Part shown: positions 41,765 to 51,159 of the stretch, in pieces
How the letters are laid out: each line of letters opens with the position of its first letter
Position numbering within the stretch: the stretch's first letter is position 1
Source of the DNA: an uncultured Proteiniphilum sp.
GTDB lineage: Bacteria > Bacteroidota > Bacteroidia > Bacteroidales > Dysgonomonadaceae
Reading direction: 5' to 3'
Assembly (NCBI GenBank): GCA_964346415.1
Contig: CAYFUQ010000005.1
Location: forward strand, 1,720-65,719
Length of the DNA: 64,000 nucleotides
Program-made: the position numbers and the translations under genes
The notes under the pieces: model-generated
What the model was told of the DNA's origin: nothing
Database searches by the model: none
Seen by the model: the letters and a program-made list of their open reading frames with translations, nothing else

Positions 41765-44068
41765 ATGAACTGCAAAGTATCTGTAATCATATTAACAATC
41801 GTCCTATCCTTTGTCGTTGCCCAGGCTTATCCACAGACACCCGCTTTCCCGGGAGCTGAGGGTGGGGGAAAATACGCTTCAGGTGGCAGAGGTGGTAAGG
41901 TCCTATATGTTACATCTTTGAAAGATAATGGTGAACCGGGAACATTACGATGGGCTGTAAACCAGAAAGAGGCAAGAACCATATTATTTAAAGTTTCGGG
42001 ACTGATAGAGCTTGAAAGTCCCCTTAAAATAAAATATGGTAACCTCACAATTGCAGGACAGTCAGCACCCGGCGATGGAATTTGTATCAGTGGATACGAA
42101 ACTTCTATTCGTGCCGACAATGTTATTGTCCGCTTCCTTCGATTCAGGTTAGGCGATAAGATGAAACAGCCTGTTGATGCTTTTTCAGGTAATAACAACA
42201 AAAGCATTATTATCGACCATTGCAGCATGAGTTGGAGTTTAGATGAGGTGTCCTCGTTCTACGATAATAAAAACTTCACAATGCAGTGGTGTTTCATAAC
42301 TGAGAGTCTGAGAAATTCTGCACACCTTAAAGGTCGTCACGGATACGGAGGAATTTGGGGAGGACAGAATGCTACTTTTCACCACAACCTGTTTGCTCAC
42401 AACGATAGCAGAAACCCTCGCTTCTGCGGAAGTCGGTACACCAACCAACCTGAGTTGGAGAAAGTGGATTTTGTGAACAACGTTATTTACAACTGGGGTA
42501 TGAACAGCGCCTATGCCGCTGAAGGCGGTAGCTATAACATTATCAGCAACTACTATAAACCCGGTCCCGCAACACACAAGAACTCAAAGAGTCGTATAAT
42601 CAATCCTTATGCCGACAATGGTGAAAATAACCAATCATCCGGAGTATATGGCAAATTCTATATAGCAGGAAATTATATGGAAGGAAGCCCCGAAGTGACC
42701 GCCGACAATACAAAAGGAGTCAAGATGGGCAACTCATTCGGAAAATTTGCTCCGGGAGTTAAGTTGGGTGACATTTTATCAAAAGATAATTTTCCCTTAA
42801 CAGACATTAAAATTGATGATGCACAAGATGCATACGAAAAGGTGTTGGCAATTGGTGGTAGTTCATTGGTAAGGGACAGTCACGATATCCGTATTGTTGA
42901 AAACGTAAAAAATGGCACATATACCTTCAAAGGTTCTGCAGGAAGCATGAACGGGCTTATTGACAGCCAAAGTGATGTTGGCGGATGGCAGGAATATAAA
43001 ACATACAACGGTATTCTTGATTCCGATTCAGATGGTATTCCTGATGGTTGGTTAGAGAAGAATTATCCTGGCAAAGATGCAAATGATATTAATGAAGAGG
43101 GTTATTCACTACTTGAAGTTTATCTCAACAGCCTTGTTTCTCATTTGATGGTGGATGCCGAATCCGGAGAAAAACCCACCAAACGCTTAGTAGTTGATAA
43201 ATCTGGAAACGGAGATTTCAAAACCATCCGTGAAGCAGTGGATGCAGTTAGAGCGTTCGATCCTGATTGGATTACAGAGATATTTATTGAAGAAGGTACG
43301 TATTATGAAAAGGTAGTTGTGCCGGATCATCTTATTGATGTTAAATTAATTGGAAGAGATAAAGATAATACCATAATTTCAAATAATGATCACGCCAATA
43401 TAAACAACATGGGTACCTTCAAAACTTACACATTGCAAGTGAGGGGAAGCAATATAACGGTAGAAAATCTTACGATAGAAAATAATGCATCGGAAGTTGG
43501 ACAAGCAGTAGCATTACACACAGAGGGTGATAAAATTATCGTCGTAAATTGCAATATCTTGGGTAATCAAGACACCGTTTATACTGGTGGAAAAGGGCGA
43601 CGGCTATATTTTCAGGATTGCTATATAGAAGGCTCTACAGATTTTATCTTTGGTTCAGCGACTGCATGGTTCGAAAACTGTCTGCTATATGCTAAGAAAA
43701 ACTCATATATTACAGCTGCAAGTACACCTGAAGATGTGGCTTTTGGTTACGTTTTCAACAAATGTAAAGTTGAAGTTGCCGATAGTGTTACTTCCTTATA
43801 TCTTGGACGACCATGGCGTGCTTATGGCATGACTGTATTTATGAATTGTGAACTTCCCGGAGAGATCAATCCATCAGGATGGCACAATTGGGGTAAGATA
43901 GAAAACGAGAAAACAGCAAGATATTTTGAGTACAACAATATGGGCGAAGGTAGCGATACTTCGAAACGAGTGCAGTGGATGAGAGAAATGAATGAAGTTG
44001 AAGCAAAACAAGTAACTCTACAAAATGTGATAGGTGAATTTTACGAACTGATTACCTGCAAAATTTAA
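41765..44068 (+). CDS. Bifunctional PL1 pectate lyase (about 41765-43140) fused to CE8 pectin methylesterase (about 43185-44068)
   Basis: 767 aa. The N-terminal half is paralogous to the next gene (AFPGAEGGG..GGRGGKV, IIIDHCSMSW, SRNPRFCGSRY). The C-terminal half has CE8 motifs GQAVAL, GNQDTVY, DFIFG, LGRPW. Confidence 0.88.
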   Translation: MNCKVSVIILTIVLSFVVAQAYPQTPAFPGAEGGGKYASGGRGGKVLYVTSLKDNGEPGTLRWAVNQKEARTILFKVSGLIELESPLKIKYGNLTIAGQSAPGDGICISGYETSIRADNVIVRFLRFRLGDKMKQPVDAFSGNNNKSIIIDHCSMSWSLDEVSSFYDNKNFTMQWCFITESLRNSAHLKGRHGYGGIWGGQNATFHHNLFAHNDSRNPRFCGSRYTNQPELEKVDFVNNVIYNWGMNSAYAAEGGSYNIISNYYKPGPATHKNSKSRIINPYADNGENNQSSGVYGKFYIAGNYMEGSPEVTADNTKGVKMGNSFGKFAPGVKLGDILSKDNFPLTDIKIDDAQDAYEKVLAIGGSSLVRDSHDIRIVENVKNGTYTFKGSAGSMNGLIDSQSDVGGWQEYKTYNGILDSDSDGIPDGWLEKNYPGKDANDINEEGYSLLEVYLNSLVSHLMVDAESGEKPTKRLVVDKSGNGDFKTIREAVDAVRAFDPDWITEIFIEEGTYYEKVVVPDHLIDVKLIGRDKDNTIISNNDHANINNMGTFKTYTLQVRGSNITVENLTIENNASEVGQAVALHTEGDKIIVVNCNILGNQDTVYTGGKGRRLYFQDCYIEGSTDFIFGSATAWFENCLLYAKKNSYITAASTPEDVAFGYVFNKCKVEVADSVTSLYLGRPWRAYGMTVFMNCELPGEINPSGWHNWGKIENEKTARYFEYNNMGEGSDTSKRVQWMREMNEVEAKQVTLQNVIGEFYELITCKI

Positions 44069-44115
44069 CCCAACTGTGATGGAATTTAGATTAAAATGAT
44101 AAAATATTGATTGAG

Positions 44116-45675
44116 ATGTCTATGTCAAGAAAAATACTATCGGTTGTTGTCATAATTATTGTGATCTCAGCATGTAGCAAGGATCCGATTATAGATGAGT
44201 CGGGCAAACCTATTGAACCCGATAAACCGATAACAGACGAGAAACATGAATATCCAAATCCTGTAGAAGAAATATCCTATGCTTTTCCCGGAGCTTATGG
44301 TGGAGGAATGTTAACAACCGGAGGGCGCGGAGGAAAAGTGATTAAGGTTACATCACTTGAAGATAACGGTCAGCCGGGTACATTAAGATGTGCCATTAAT
44401 CAGCAAGGAGCGCGCATTGTGATATTTGAAACATCCGGAACTATTTATTTAAAATCTAAACTTGAAATTAAAAATGACGATATCACCATTGCCGGGCAAT
44501 CTGCCTCGAGAGGAGGTATTACATTGGCCGGATATCCTGTGGAGGTGAAGGCAAGTAATGTAATCATCAGATATATGCGTTTCAGGATGGGAGATGAAGA
44601 AGGAGTACTTGTTGGTGCTGACGGAGCAGATGCTCTTGGAGGCAGAAACCAAAAGAATATCATTATTGATCATTGTTCTGTTAGTTGGTCAACTGACGAA
44701 TGCTCTTCATTTTATGATAATAAAAACTTCACAGTGCAGTGGTGTATCCTGTCTGAAAGTTTGAGATTATCGGGACATACAAAAGGCGCACATGGATATG
44801 GAGGAATATGGGGAGGTGTACAGGCTTCCTTCCTATACAATCTGCTGATACATCATGACAGTCGGACACCCAGATTTTGTGGAAGTCGTTATTCAGGATA
44901 TTCCGAAAATGAAAAAGTGGATTTTCGGAATAATGTTCTTTACAACTGGGGTGCTAACAATGTTTATGGTGCTGAAGGTGGTTACTATAATATAGTAGGA
45001 AACTATTACAAACCTGGTCCGGATTCGCAAAATCGAAACAGATTGATACAGCTTTATGCAGATGGAGGAGAGAATAATCAACCTAAAGGTACATATGGTA
45101 AAGTATATGTGCAAAACAACTATGTTGAAGGGAACTCAAATGTGACAAATAATAATCAGAAAGGAATAAATATTCACTCTTCTTTTTCAAATAATGCACC
45201 TGGCGTTGGACTGAATGATGTGATTCTTAATTCAGAAATCAAAATTGGGGAAGTCAAAACATATACTCCAACCGAAGCTTATGAGAAAGTGTTGAATTTT
45301 GCGGGAAGCAGTTTGAATCGTGACGAAATAGATGTGAGATTGGTGAACGAGGCAAGAGAGGATAACCCTGTCTTTACTGGATTAAGTCCGCTAAATGTTT
45401 CACCATATCCCAAAAAAGGAATTATTGACAGCCAAAACGACTTAAAACCAAATAATGCATCGGGAGAATGGAGTCCGTGGCCTGTTTTATCGTCGTATGA
45501 TGCACCCAAAGACACAGACAATGATGGAATGCCGGATGAATGGGAAATAAAAAAAGGATTAGATCCTAATGTAGACGATGCAAATGGTCGTCATTTGAGT
45601 ACTGCTTATGACAATATAGAGGTGTTCTTAAATGAATTAATAGAAAACCAAAATAGAAAATCAATTATAAAATGA
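44116..45675 (+). CDS. PL1 pectate lyase lipoprotein
   Basis: The track start at 44107 is TTG; the ATG at 44116 gives MSMSRKILSVVVIIIVISACS (lipobox). Same PL1 blocks as the upstream gene (AFPGAYGGG, IIIDHCSVSW, SRTPRFCGSRY). Confidence 0.88.
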   Translation: MSMSRKILSVVVIIIVISACSKDPIIDESGKPIEPDKPITDEKHEYPNPVEEISYAFPGAYGGGMLTTGGRGGKVIKVTSLEDNGQPGTLRCAINQQGARIVIFETSGTIYLKSKLEIKNDDITIAGQSASRGGITLAGYPVEVKASNVIIRYMRFRMGDEEGVLVGADGADALGGRNQKNIIIDHCSVSWSTDECSSFYDNKNFTVQWCILSESLRLSGHTKGAHGYGGIWGGVQASFLYNLLIHHDSRTPRFCGSRYSGYSENEKVDFRNNVLYNWGANNVYGAEGGYYNIVGNYYKPGPDSQNRNRLIQLYADGGENNQPKGTYGKVYVQNNYVEGNSNVTNNNQKGINIHSSFSNNAPGVGLNDVILNSEIKIGEVKTYTPTEAYEKVLNFAGSSLNRDEIDVRLVNEAREDNPVFTGLSPLNVSPYPKKGIIDSQNDLKPNNASGEWSPWPVLSSYDAPKDTDNDGMPDEWEIKKGLDPNVDDANGRHLSTAYDNIEVFLNELIENQNRKSIIK

Positions 45676-47309
45676 AACAAAACATATTTCTTATCAGAGT
45701 AGTTTTTACTTTATTTCTATTCTTTAATATTACTAACATATCTGCACAAAACTTCGTTTCCAAAGCATGGTCCAGTGACTTAGGCAACGGCACATACAAG
45801 AATCCTGTTTTGTTTGCAGACTACTCAGACCCGGATGTTTGTCGTGTAGGAAACGATTATTATATGACAGCATCAAGCTTCAATTGTGTCCCCGGCTTAC
45901 CTATCCTACATTCCACAGATATGATAAACTGGAAACTGATTGGACACGCAATTGACAGACTCGAACCGTATGATCATTTTTCCAAAGCACAACATGGCAA
46001 TGGCGTATGGGCACCTGCTATTCGTTATCACAACGATGAGTTTTATATTTATTATGGCGACCCCGACTTTGGAATATTCATGGTTAAAGCAAAAGACCCT
46101 GCCGGAAAATGGGAAAAACCTGTATTGGTGAAAGAAGGGAAGGGACTTATAGACTCATGTCCTTTTTGGGATGAAGATGGAAAAGCATATTTAGTTCATG
46201 CTTATGCTGGCAGTCGTGCAGGAATCAAGAGCGTTTTGACAATTGCTGAGATGAATGCTGAGGGAACAAAAGTAATAACCCCAAGCAGAATTATATATGA
46301 CGGACACAATATTGACCCAACCATCGAAGGACCAAAGTTTCATAAACGAAATGGATACTACTACATCTTTGCACCTGCTGGCGGGGTTTCTACCGGCTGG
46401 CAAGTGGTGTTGCGTTCAAAAGATATTTATGGTCCCTATGAGCGTAAAGTCGTAATGGCACAGGGTGATACCGAAATCAACGGTCCTCACCAGGGGGCAT
46501 GGGTTGACACTCCGCAAGGAGAAGACTGGTTCTATCACTTTCAGGATGTGGGCACAGTGGGGAGAATTGTACATCTGCAACCTATGAAATGGAATGGCGA
46601 TTGGCCTGTGATGGGTGTTGATAAAAATAATACCGGAACCGGTGAGCCTGTGATGGTTTATAAAAAACCTAATACAGGTGTTACATCTCCAATAATGACA
46701 CCTGCTGATAGTGATGAATTTGATTCTGAGACTCTTGGCTTGCAATGGCAGTGGCACTCAAATCCTATGGACTGGTGGCATTATCTGGACACTAACAATA
46801 AGTTGCTGCATCTATATTCTGTTCCAACAGCTGATGACTATGTTAGCTTATGGGATGTTCCCAACTTATTGATGCAAAAGTTTCCTTCAAACAAGTTTAC
46901 AGCAACAAGTAAGTTCACATTTAAGCCTTCATCGGCAATCAAGGGTGAGAAAGCTGGTTTTGTTGTGATGGGTATGGATTATGGTTCACTGGTGTTTGAA
47001 AGCACTGATAATGGATTCACACTTAGCCAGGTTGAATGTAAAAAGGCTGACAGAGGTGGCAAAGAGGTGGTTAATGAGAGTGTGAACCTTGCCGAGTCAA
47101 CCTTATATGTTAGAGTTAAGGTAAATCCTGACTCCAAATGTCAGTTTAGCTATAGCACCGACGGAAAGAAGTTCAAAAACTTAGGAAAAGAATTCGTTGC
47201 CAGAGAAGGTAAATGGATTGGAGCAAAGGTTGGTTTTTATTGTACTCGTCCCGTTAGCAACAATGATGGAGGTATGATGTCTATCGATTGGTTTAGAGTA
47301 GATAAATAA
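45672..47309 (+). CDS. GH43 beta-xylosidase / alpha-L-arabinofuranosidase-type hydrolase with C-terminal beta-sandwich
   Basis: 545 aa. The start overlaps the PL1 stop (ATGA). GH43 blocks NPVLFADYSDPDV, WAPAIRYH, and IEGP. Confidence 0.85.
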   Translation: MKQNIFLIRVVFTLFLFFNITNISAQNFVSKAWSSDLGNGTYKNPVLFADYSDPDVCRVGNDYYMTASSFNCVPGLPILHSTDMINWKLIGHAIDRLEPYDHFSKAQHGNGVWAPAIRYHNDEFYIYYGDPDFGIFMVKAKDPAGKWEKPVLVKEGKGLIDSCPFWDEDGKAYLVHAYAGSRAGIKSVLTIAEMNAEGTKVITPSRIIYDGHNIDPTIEGPKFHKRNGYYYIFAPAGGVSTGWQVVLRSKDIYGPYERKVVMAQGDTEINGPHQGAWVDTPQGEDWFYHFQDVGTVGRIVHLQPMKWNGDWPVMGVDKNNTGTGEPVMVYKKPNTGVTSPIMTPADSDEFDSETLGLQWQWHSNPMDWWHYLDTNNKLLHLYSVPTADDYVSLWDVPNLLMQKFPSNKFTATSKFTFKPSSAIKGEKAGFVVMGMDYGSLVFESTDNGFTLSQVECKKADRGGKEVVNESVNLAESTLYVRVKVNPDSKCQFSYSTDGKKFKNLGKEFVAREGKWIGAKVGFYCTRPVSNNDGGMMSIDWFRVDK

Positions 47310-47316
47310 TATAAAT

Positions 47317-49188
47317 ATGAAGAAAAATATTCTTACAACAATAGCATTTTTTATCATTGCACTATCATCATTACCCCTTTTTTCACAAAAGGTAATCATT
47401 GATGGTGTGCCGAGAGATACCAGCTACACCGTCAGTGGGACATTTTTGAAAGAAAAAAAGTTTTTTCCAATAATTAGTGTTGTTGATACAGTGCTGCCAA
47501 AGGGTTTATTATCGTATGAGAGTATTGCATATAAAAAACTATCAGGGAGCAGAGAGCTTACATTGTCGATATATCGACCTGATGATAAGCACACGTACCC
47601 TGTTGTTTTGATGATTCATGGGGGTGGCTGGAATTCGGGCACCCCTGATATGCAAAAGGCATTGGGAATAAATCTTGCTAAAAAGGGATTTGTAACTGCT
47701 ACTGTGGAGTATCGTTTGATACCGGAAGCACTCTATCCCGCAGCAGTTGACGACTTGAATGATGCTGTGTCGTGGATTGTCAATAATTCAAATAACTATG
47801 GCATTGATGCAACAAAACTTGCTGTTGCCGGTGGTTCGGCAGGTGGACATCTGGCCGGACTGATTGGCACAAAAAATATTGACGGTCACATCAAGGCTGT
47901 TGTTAATATTGATGGCATAACAACCTTTGTTCATCCTGAGTCAATTGACCGTGCCGAGCTTGCCAAACAAGAGGGTAAAAGCTTACCTGTTGATGCTGTT
48001 TGGCTTGGGGGTACATATTCGGACAGGGCTGAGGTTTGGAAAGATGCCTCTTCACTGTTTTGGGTGAACGAAAACTCTGCGCCAATGTGCTTTATAAATA
48101 GTTCTATACCACGCTTTCACAACGGAAGGGAAGAGCATATACAAAAACTCGACAGTCTGGGTATCTATTCCTATATTCATGAGTTTGAAAGCAGTCCTCA
48201 CACTTTCTGGCATTTCCATCCCTGGCACTTGACTGCTGTGGGTGTAGCAGTCAACTTTCTGAATAATGTGTTTAATGACAAAACTGATGTCAAGACAGAT
48301 GAGTATGATATTGTAGTGGCTCAAGATGGCAGTGGCGATTATCTTAGAGTTCAGGATGCAATTGATGCAGTTCCCGACTTCAGAAAGCAACCTACCAGAA
48401 TATTTATTCGCAATGGCTTTTATCATGAAAAGATAGTGATACCCGAAACTAAACAAGACCTGTTCTTAGTTGGAGAAGATAAATTCAAAACAATCATTTC
48501 TTACAACAATTATGCTTCAAAACAGGTCGCTATAGGCGGTGAGTTGGGCACATCAGGTTCAGCATCGATATATATAACTCCAAACAGATTTACGGCCGAA
48601 AACATCACCTTCCAAAATGCTGCAGGACCTGTGGGGCAGGCCGTGGCGGCGATAGTGAGAAGCGATGAGGCACAGTTTATAAATTGCCGCTTCCTGGGAT
48701 TTCAGGATACTCTTTATACACACAAGCCCGGCAGCAAACAGTATTATGATAACTGCTACATCGAGGGTACGGTTGATTTTATCTTCGGTGCATCCACTGC
48801 CTATTTTGAAGAATGTGATATATACTGCAAGCAAAACGGATATATAACAGCAGCCTCCACACCCGAAGGACAGCCGTATGGCTATGTGTTTCAAAACTGC
48901 AAAATATCCGGTGACGATTCCGACTCATTCTATCTGGGCAGACCGTGGCGTCCTTATGCCCACGTTGCTTTTATTGAGTGCGAACTAAGTAGCGTAATCA
49001 GACCCGCAGGCTGGGACAACTGGAGGAATGAGGCTAATGAAAAAACAGCACAATACCTTGAATACAATAACATAGGTGATGGTGCCGACATAACTCAAAG
49101 AGTTACCTGGACAAGACAGCTCACACAAGAGGAGCTTTCTCAATACTCAAAGATTAATGTCTTGGGTGAATATTTTTTTAGGGATTGA
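47317..49188 (+). CDS. Alpha/beta-hydrolase esterase (about 47317-48270) fused to CE8 pectin methylesterase (about 48300-49188)
   Basis: 623 aa. N-terminal HGGGW oxyanion motif and GGSAGG nucleophile elbow. C-terminal CE8 motifs GQAVAA, GFQDTLY, DFIFG, LGRPW. Confidence 0.85.
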   Translation: MKKNILTTIAFFIIALSSLPLFSQKVIIDGVPRDTSYTVSGTFLKEKKFFPIISVVDTVLPKGLLSYESIAYKKLSGSRELTLSIYRPDDKHTYPVVLMIHGGGWNSGTPDMQKALGINLAKKGFVTATVEYRLIPEALYPAAVDDLNDAVSWIVNNSNNYGIDATKLAVAGGSAGGHLAGLIGTKNIDGHIKAVVNIDGITTFVHPESIDRAELAKQEGKSLPVDAVWLGGTYSDRAEVWKDASSLFWVNENSAPMCFINSSIPRFHNGREEHIQKLDSLGIYSYIHEFESSPHTFWHFHPWHLTAVGVAVNFLNNVFNDKTDVKTDEYDIVVAQDGSGDYLRVQDAIDAVPDFRKQPTRIFIRNGFYHEKIVIPETKQDLFLVGEDKFKTIISYNNYASKQVAIGGELGTSGSASIYITPNRFTAENITFQNAAGPVGQAVAAIVRSDEAQFINCRFLGFQDTLYTHKPGSKQYYDNCYIEGTVDFIFGASTAYFEECDIYCKQNGYITAASTPEGQPYGYVFQNCKISGDDSDSFYLGRPWRPYAHVAFIECELSSVIRPAGWDNWRNEANEKTAQYLEYNNIGDGADITQRVTWTRQLTQEELSQYSKINVLGEYFFRD

Positions 49189-49354
49189 CCAGACTATCAT
49201 TATTATTGAAGTTTTTCCTGTTGTTATATTTTCAATATTATGAACATTTACTCTTCTTAAATGTTAGTAATTTATAAATAGAGATAGTGGCGTATTAAGT
49301 TTATATTTAACTTTTTTGATACTTTGGACGCACTTGTTCTGATTTTAAACCCTA

Positions 49355-49376
49355 TTGGCAGCTTTGATGCTGCCAA
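49355..49376. other. 8-bp GC-rich hairpin between the PUL and the GNAT gene
   Basis: TTGGCAGC (49355-62), loop TTTGAT, GCTGCCAA (49369-76). There is no adjoining T-tract on either strand, so it is not a classical terminator. Confidence 0.3.
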
Positions 49377-49394
49377 AAATAAAATATATATATT

Positions 49395-49865
49395 ATGAAT
49401 TACAGGAAAATCATTGAAGTAGAATTCAAGGAATACACTGAGGAGGCACTTGAAAAATCATGGCTTTGGCTTAACGACCCACAGATTAAGGAATTAACCA
49501 ACACTCCGGATTTCGACAAAGAATCGCAACGTGCCTGGTACGAATCTTTGAAAACCAGAACAGACTATTTCATAAGATCTATAGTTTATAAAGATCAGAT
49601 TGTTGGCGTGTGCGGTCTCAAAAAGATTAACGGCATTGATGCCGAAATGTGGGCTTATATTGGTGAAAAAGAATTCTGGGGAAAAACTATTGGAGCTCAA
49701 ACTGCTGAATACCTTATTGATTATGGAAAGCAAATCAAGCTAGAGTCCATATATGCTATATATTTGAAAATAAACAAGGCGAGTATAAAAACGTCAAAAA
49801 GATTTGGCTTTGAATATGAATGTGATTTAAATGAAAACGAAGTTCAGCTTAGACGAATGCTATGA
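49395..49865 (+). CDS. GNAT-family N-acetyltransferase (PseH-like layout)
   Basis: 156 aa. W.WLNDP.I...T......S...W...L pattern, then IVGVCGL and an acetyl-CoA pocket-like WGKTIGAQ segment. The substrate is unknown. Confidence 0.65.
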   Translation: MNYRKIIEVEFKEYTEEALEKSWLWLNDPQIKELTNTPDFDKESQRAWYESLKTRTDYFIRSIVYKDQIVGVCGLKKINGIDAEMWAYIGEKEFWGKTIGAQTAEYLIDYGKQIKLESIYAIYLKINKASIKTSKRFGFEYECDLNENEVQLRRML

Positions 49866-49895
49866 TTAATTTAGAAAGAGTTAGAATTATAATGA

Positions 49896-50198
49896 ATGAG
49901 TGGCAAAGATATAGAGTTTGTTGTTTTTAACGACAATGCTTTACGCAAAAGTTGGTTTTGGTTGAATAATTACGAGATTAAGTATTTGACAGTAACTTTA
50001 AATTTTGATTTAGCCCAGTAAAGAGCTTGGTTTGAAAACCTTAAGTTCAGAAATGTTTATTACATCATGTCAAAAGTGTACAAAGGCACCATAGTTGGAG
50101 CTTTTGGATTTAAAAATATTACAACTTCCGAAAGATAAGCTTAGATAGCAATCGGAGAATAGAATTTGTGGGACAAAATATTGGTCCATACGTTTTAA
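49896..50198 (+). pseudogene. Decayed tandem paralogue of the upstream GNAT gene
   Basis: The frame from the ATG at 49896 translates to MSGKDIEFVVFNDNALRKSWFWLNNYEIKYLTVTLNFDLAQ*RAWFENLKFRNVYYIMSKVYKGTIVGAFGFKNITTSER*A*IAIGE*NLWDKILVHTF*. It aligns block for block with 49395-49865 (KSW.WLN, RAW.E.LK, IVG..G.K.I, IGE..W.K). In-frame stops lie at 50019, 50136, 50142, 50160 and 50196, and the C-terminus is missing. Confidence 0.7.
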
Positions 50199-50280
50199 TT
50201 TATTCACCGCGGGCGTCTTGTATTATTTAAAGTGTATAAATTTTACTCCAATAAATGAGTCTATCTTATAGGTGTTGATA

Positions 50281-51159
50281 TTATATATTTATCAGTTTTA
50301 CCGTTTCCTGTATATGAGCTTTACTTGAAGCTCCAAATACAACAGACTGAATGTTTTGATTATTGATGAATTCATAAGCCTCATCTGCAGGTATGGCCCC
50401 CGATGCAAGGGTTGACATACCCATGATTTGGTAATCCTTTGGGTTGTTGTTGTCAATCGTTTCAATGTAACTGTTTACGTCTGGAGACATCAGATAACCT
50501 ATCTTATTAAAAGATGTGCATATAACTACTTCTTTTATATTCCATTCTTTTAGTTTATTGATAAGATATGGGAGATTCTGTGTGATAAGTCCTGGAGTAG
50601 CTTTGTACTTCTTTCGTATATAATCGCAATACTCGCTGAATATCTCTTTGATGCCGTAGCCCAGTATGAGGTCAGTTATAATGTTTTGCAAGAAAATCAC
50701 ATTTATATTTAATCCTTTGAATAATTTCATTTCAACATCTATAAGCATTTGCATTATTTTGATTGCATCTTTGCCCAATACTGCCATACCACCTTTTGCC
50801 ATCATACCCAGCACACTTGCAGCTGATTGATTTTTAAAAAGAGTGTCATTTATAGCTGGCATAATTCCTTTTTCGGCAACCAGATTTGCATATTTGTGTG
50901 GATAGGGGATGGAAGGATACCAGTTTATATGGCCATATTTGCTCTTGTTTTTACGGAAATAATCGCAAATTGCGCCTGCGCGTTCGTTACTGTTGAGCAT
51001 TATAGCTTGTACGCCACTATCAAAGGCAATTTGATATACTTTGAAGATGTTTTCTATATCAAAAAATCTCTCGGCAAGCTGTTGAGCTTTTTCTTGTGAC
51101 ATATGATTTATCCCGAAAAATTGATTATCTCCAAAAACTATGTTATCTATTTTCTTCAT
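50281..51159 (-). CDS. Hypothetical protein, 292 aa, no recognisable motif (possibly a divergent TIM-barrel)
   Basis: The ATG at 51159 lies 17 nt inside the upstream oxidoreductase gene. The residue composition looks protein-like. It is the last gene of the minus-strand glycan cluster. Confidence 0.6.
   Translation of the reverse strand: MKKIDNIVFGDNQFFGINHMSQEKAQQLAERFFDIENIFKVYQIAFDSGVQAIMLNSNERAGAICDYFRKNKSKYGHINWYPSIPYPHKYANLVAEKGIMPAINDTLFKNQSAASVLGMMAKGGMAVLGKDAIKIMQMLIDVEMKLFKGLNINVIFLQNIITDLILGYGIKEIFSEYCDYIRKKYKATPGLITQNLPYLINKLKEWNIKEVVICTSFNKIGYLMSPDVNSYIETIDNNNPKDYQIMGMSTLASGAIPADEAYEFINNQNIQSVVFGASSKAHIQETVKLINI

Noticed and set aside
49395-49865. GNAT as the toxin of a GNAT/RHH (TacT/AtaT-like) toxin-antitoxin pair
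   Set aside because: There is no small antitoxin ORF upstream (49189-49394 has no ORF longer than 6 codons) or overlapping downstream. The N-terminal W.WLNDP layout fits sugar N-acetyltransferases better, and the context is a glycan locus.
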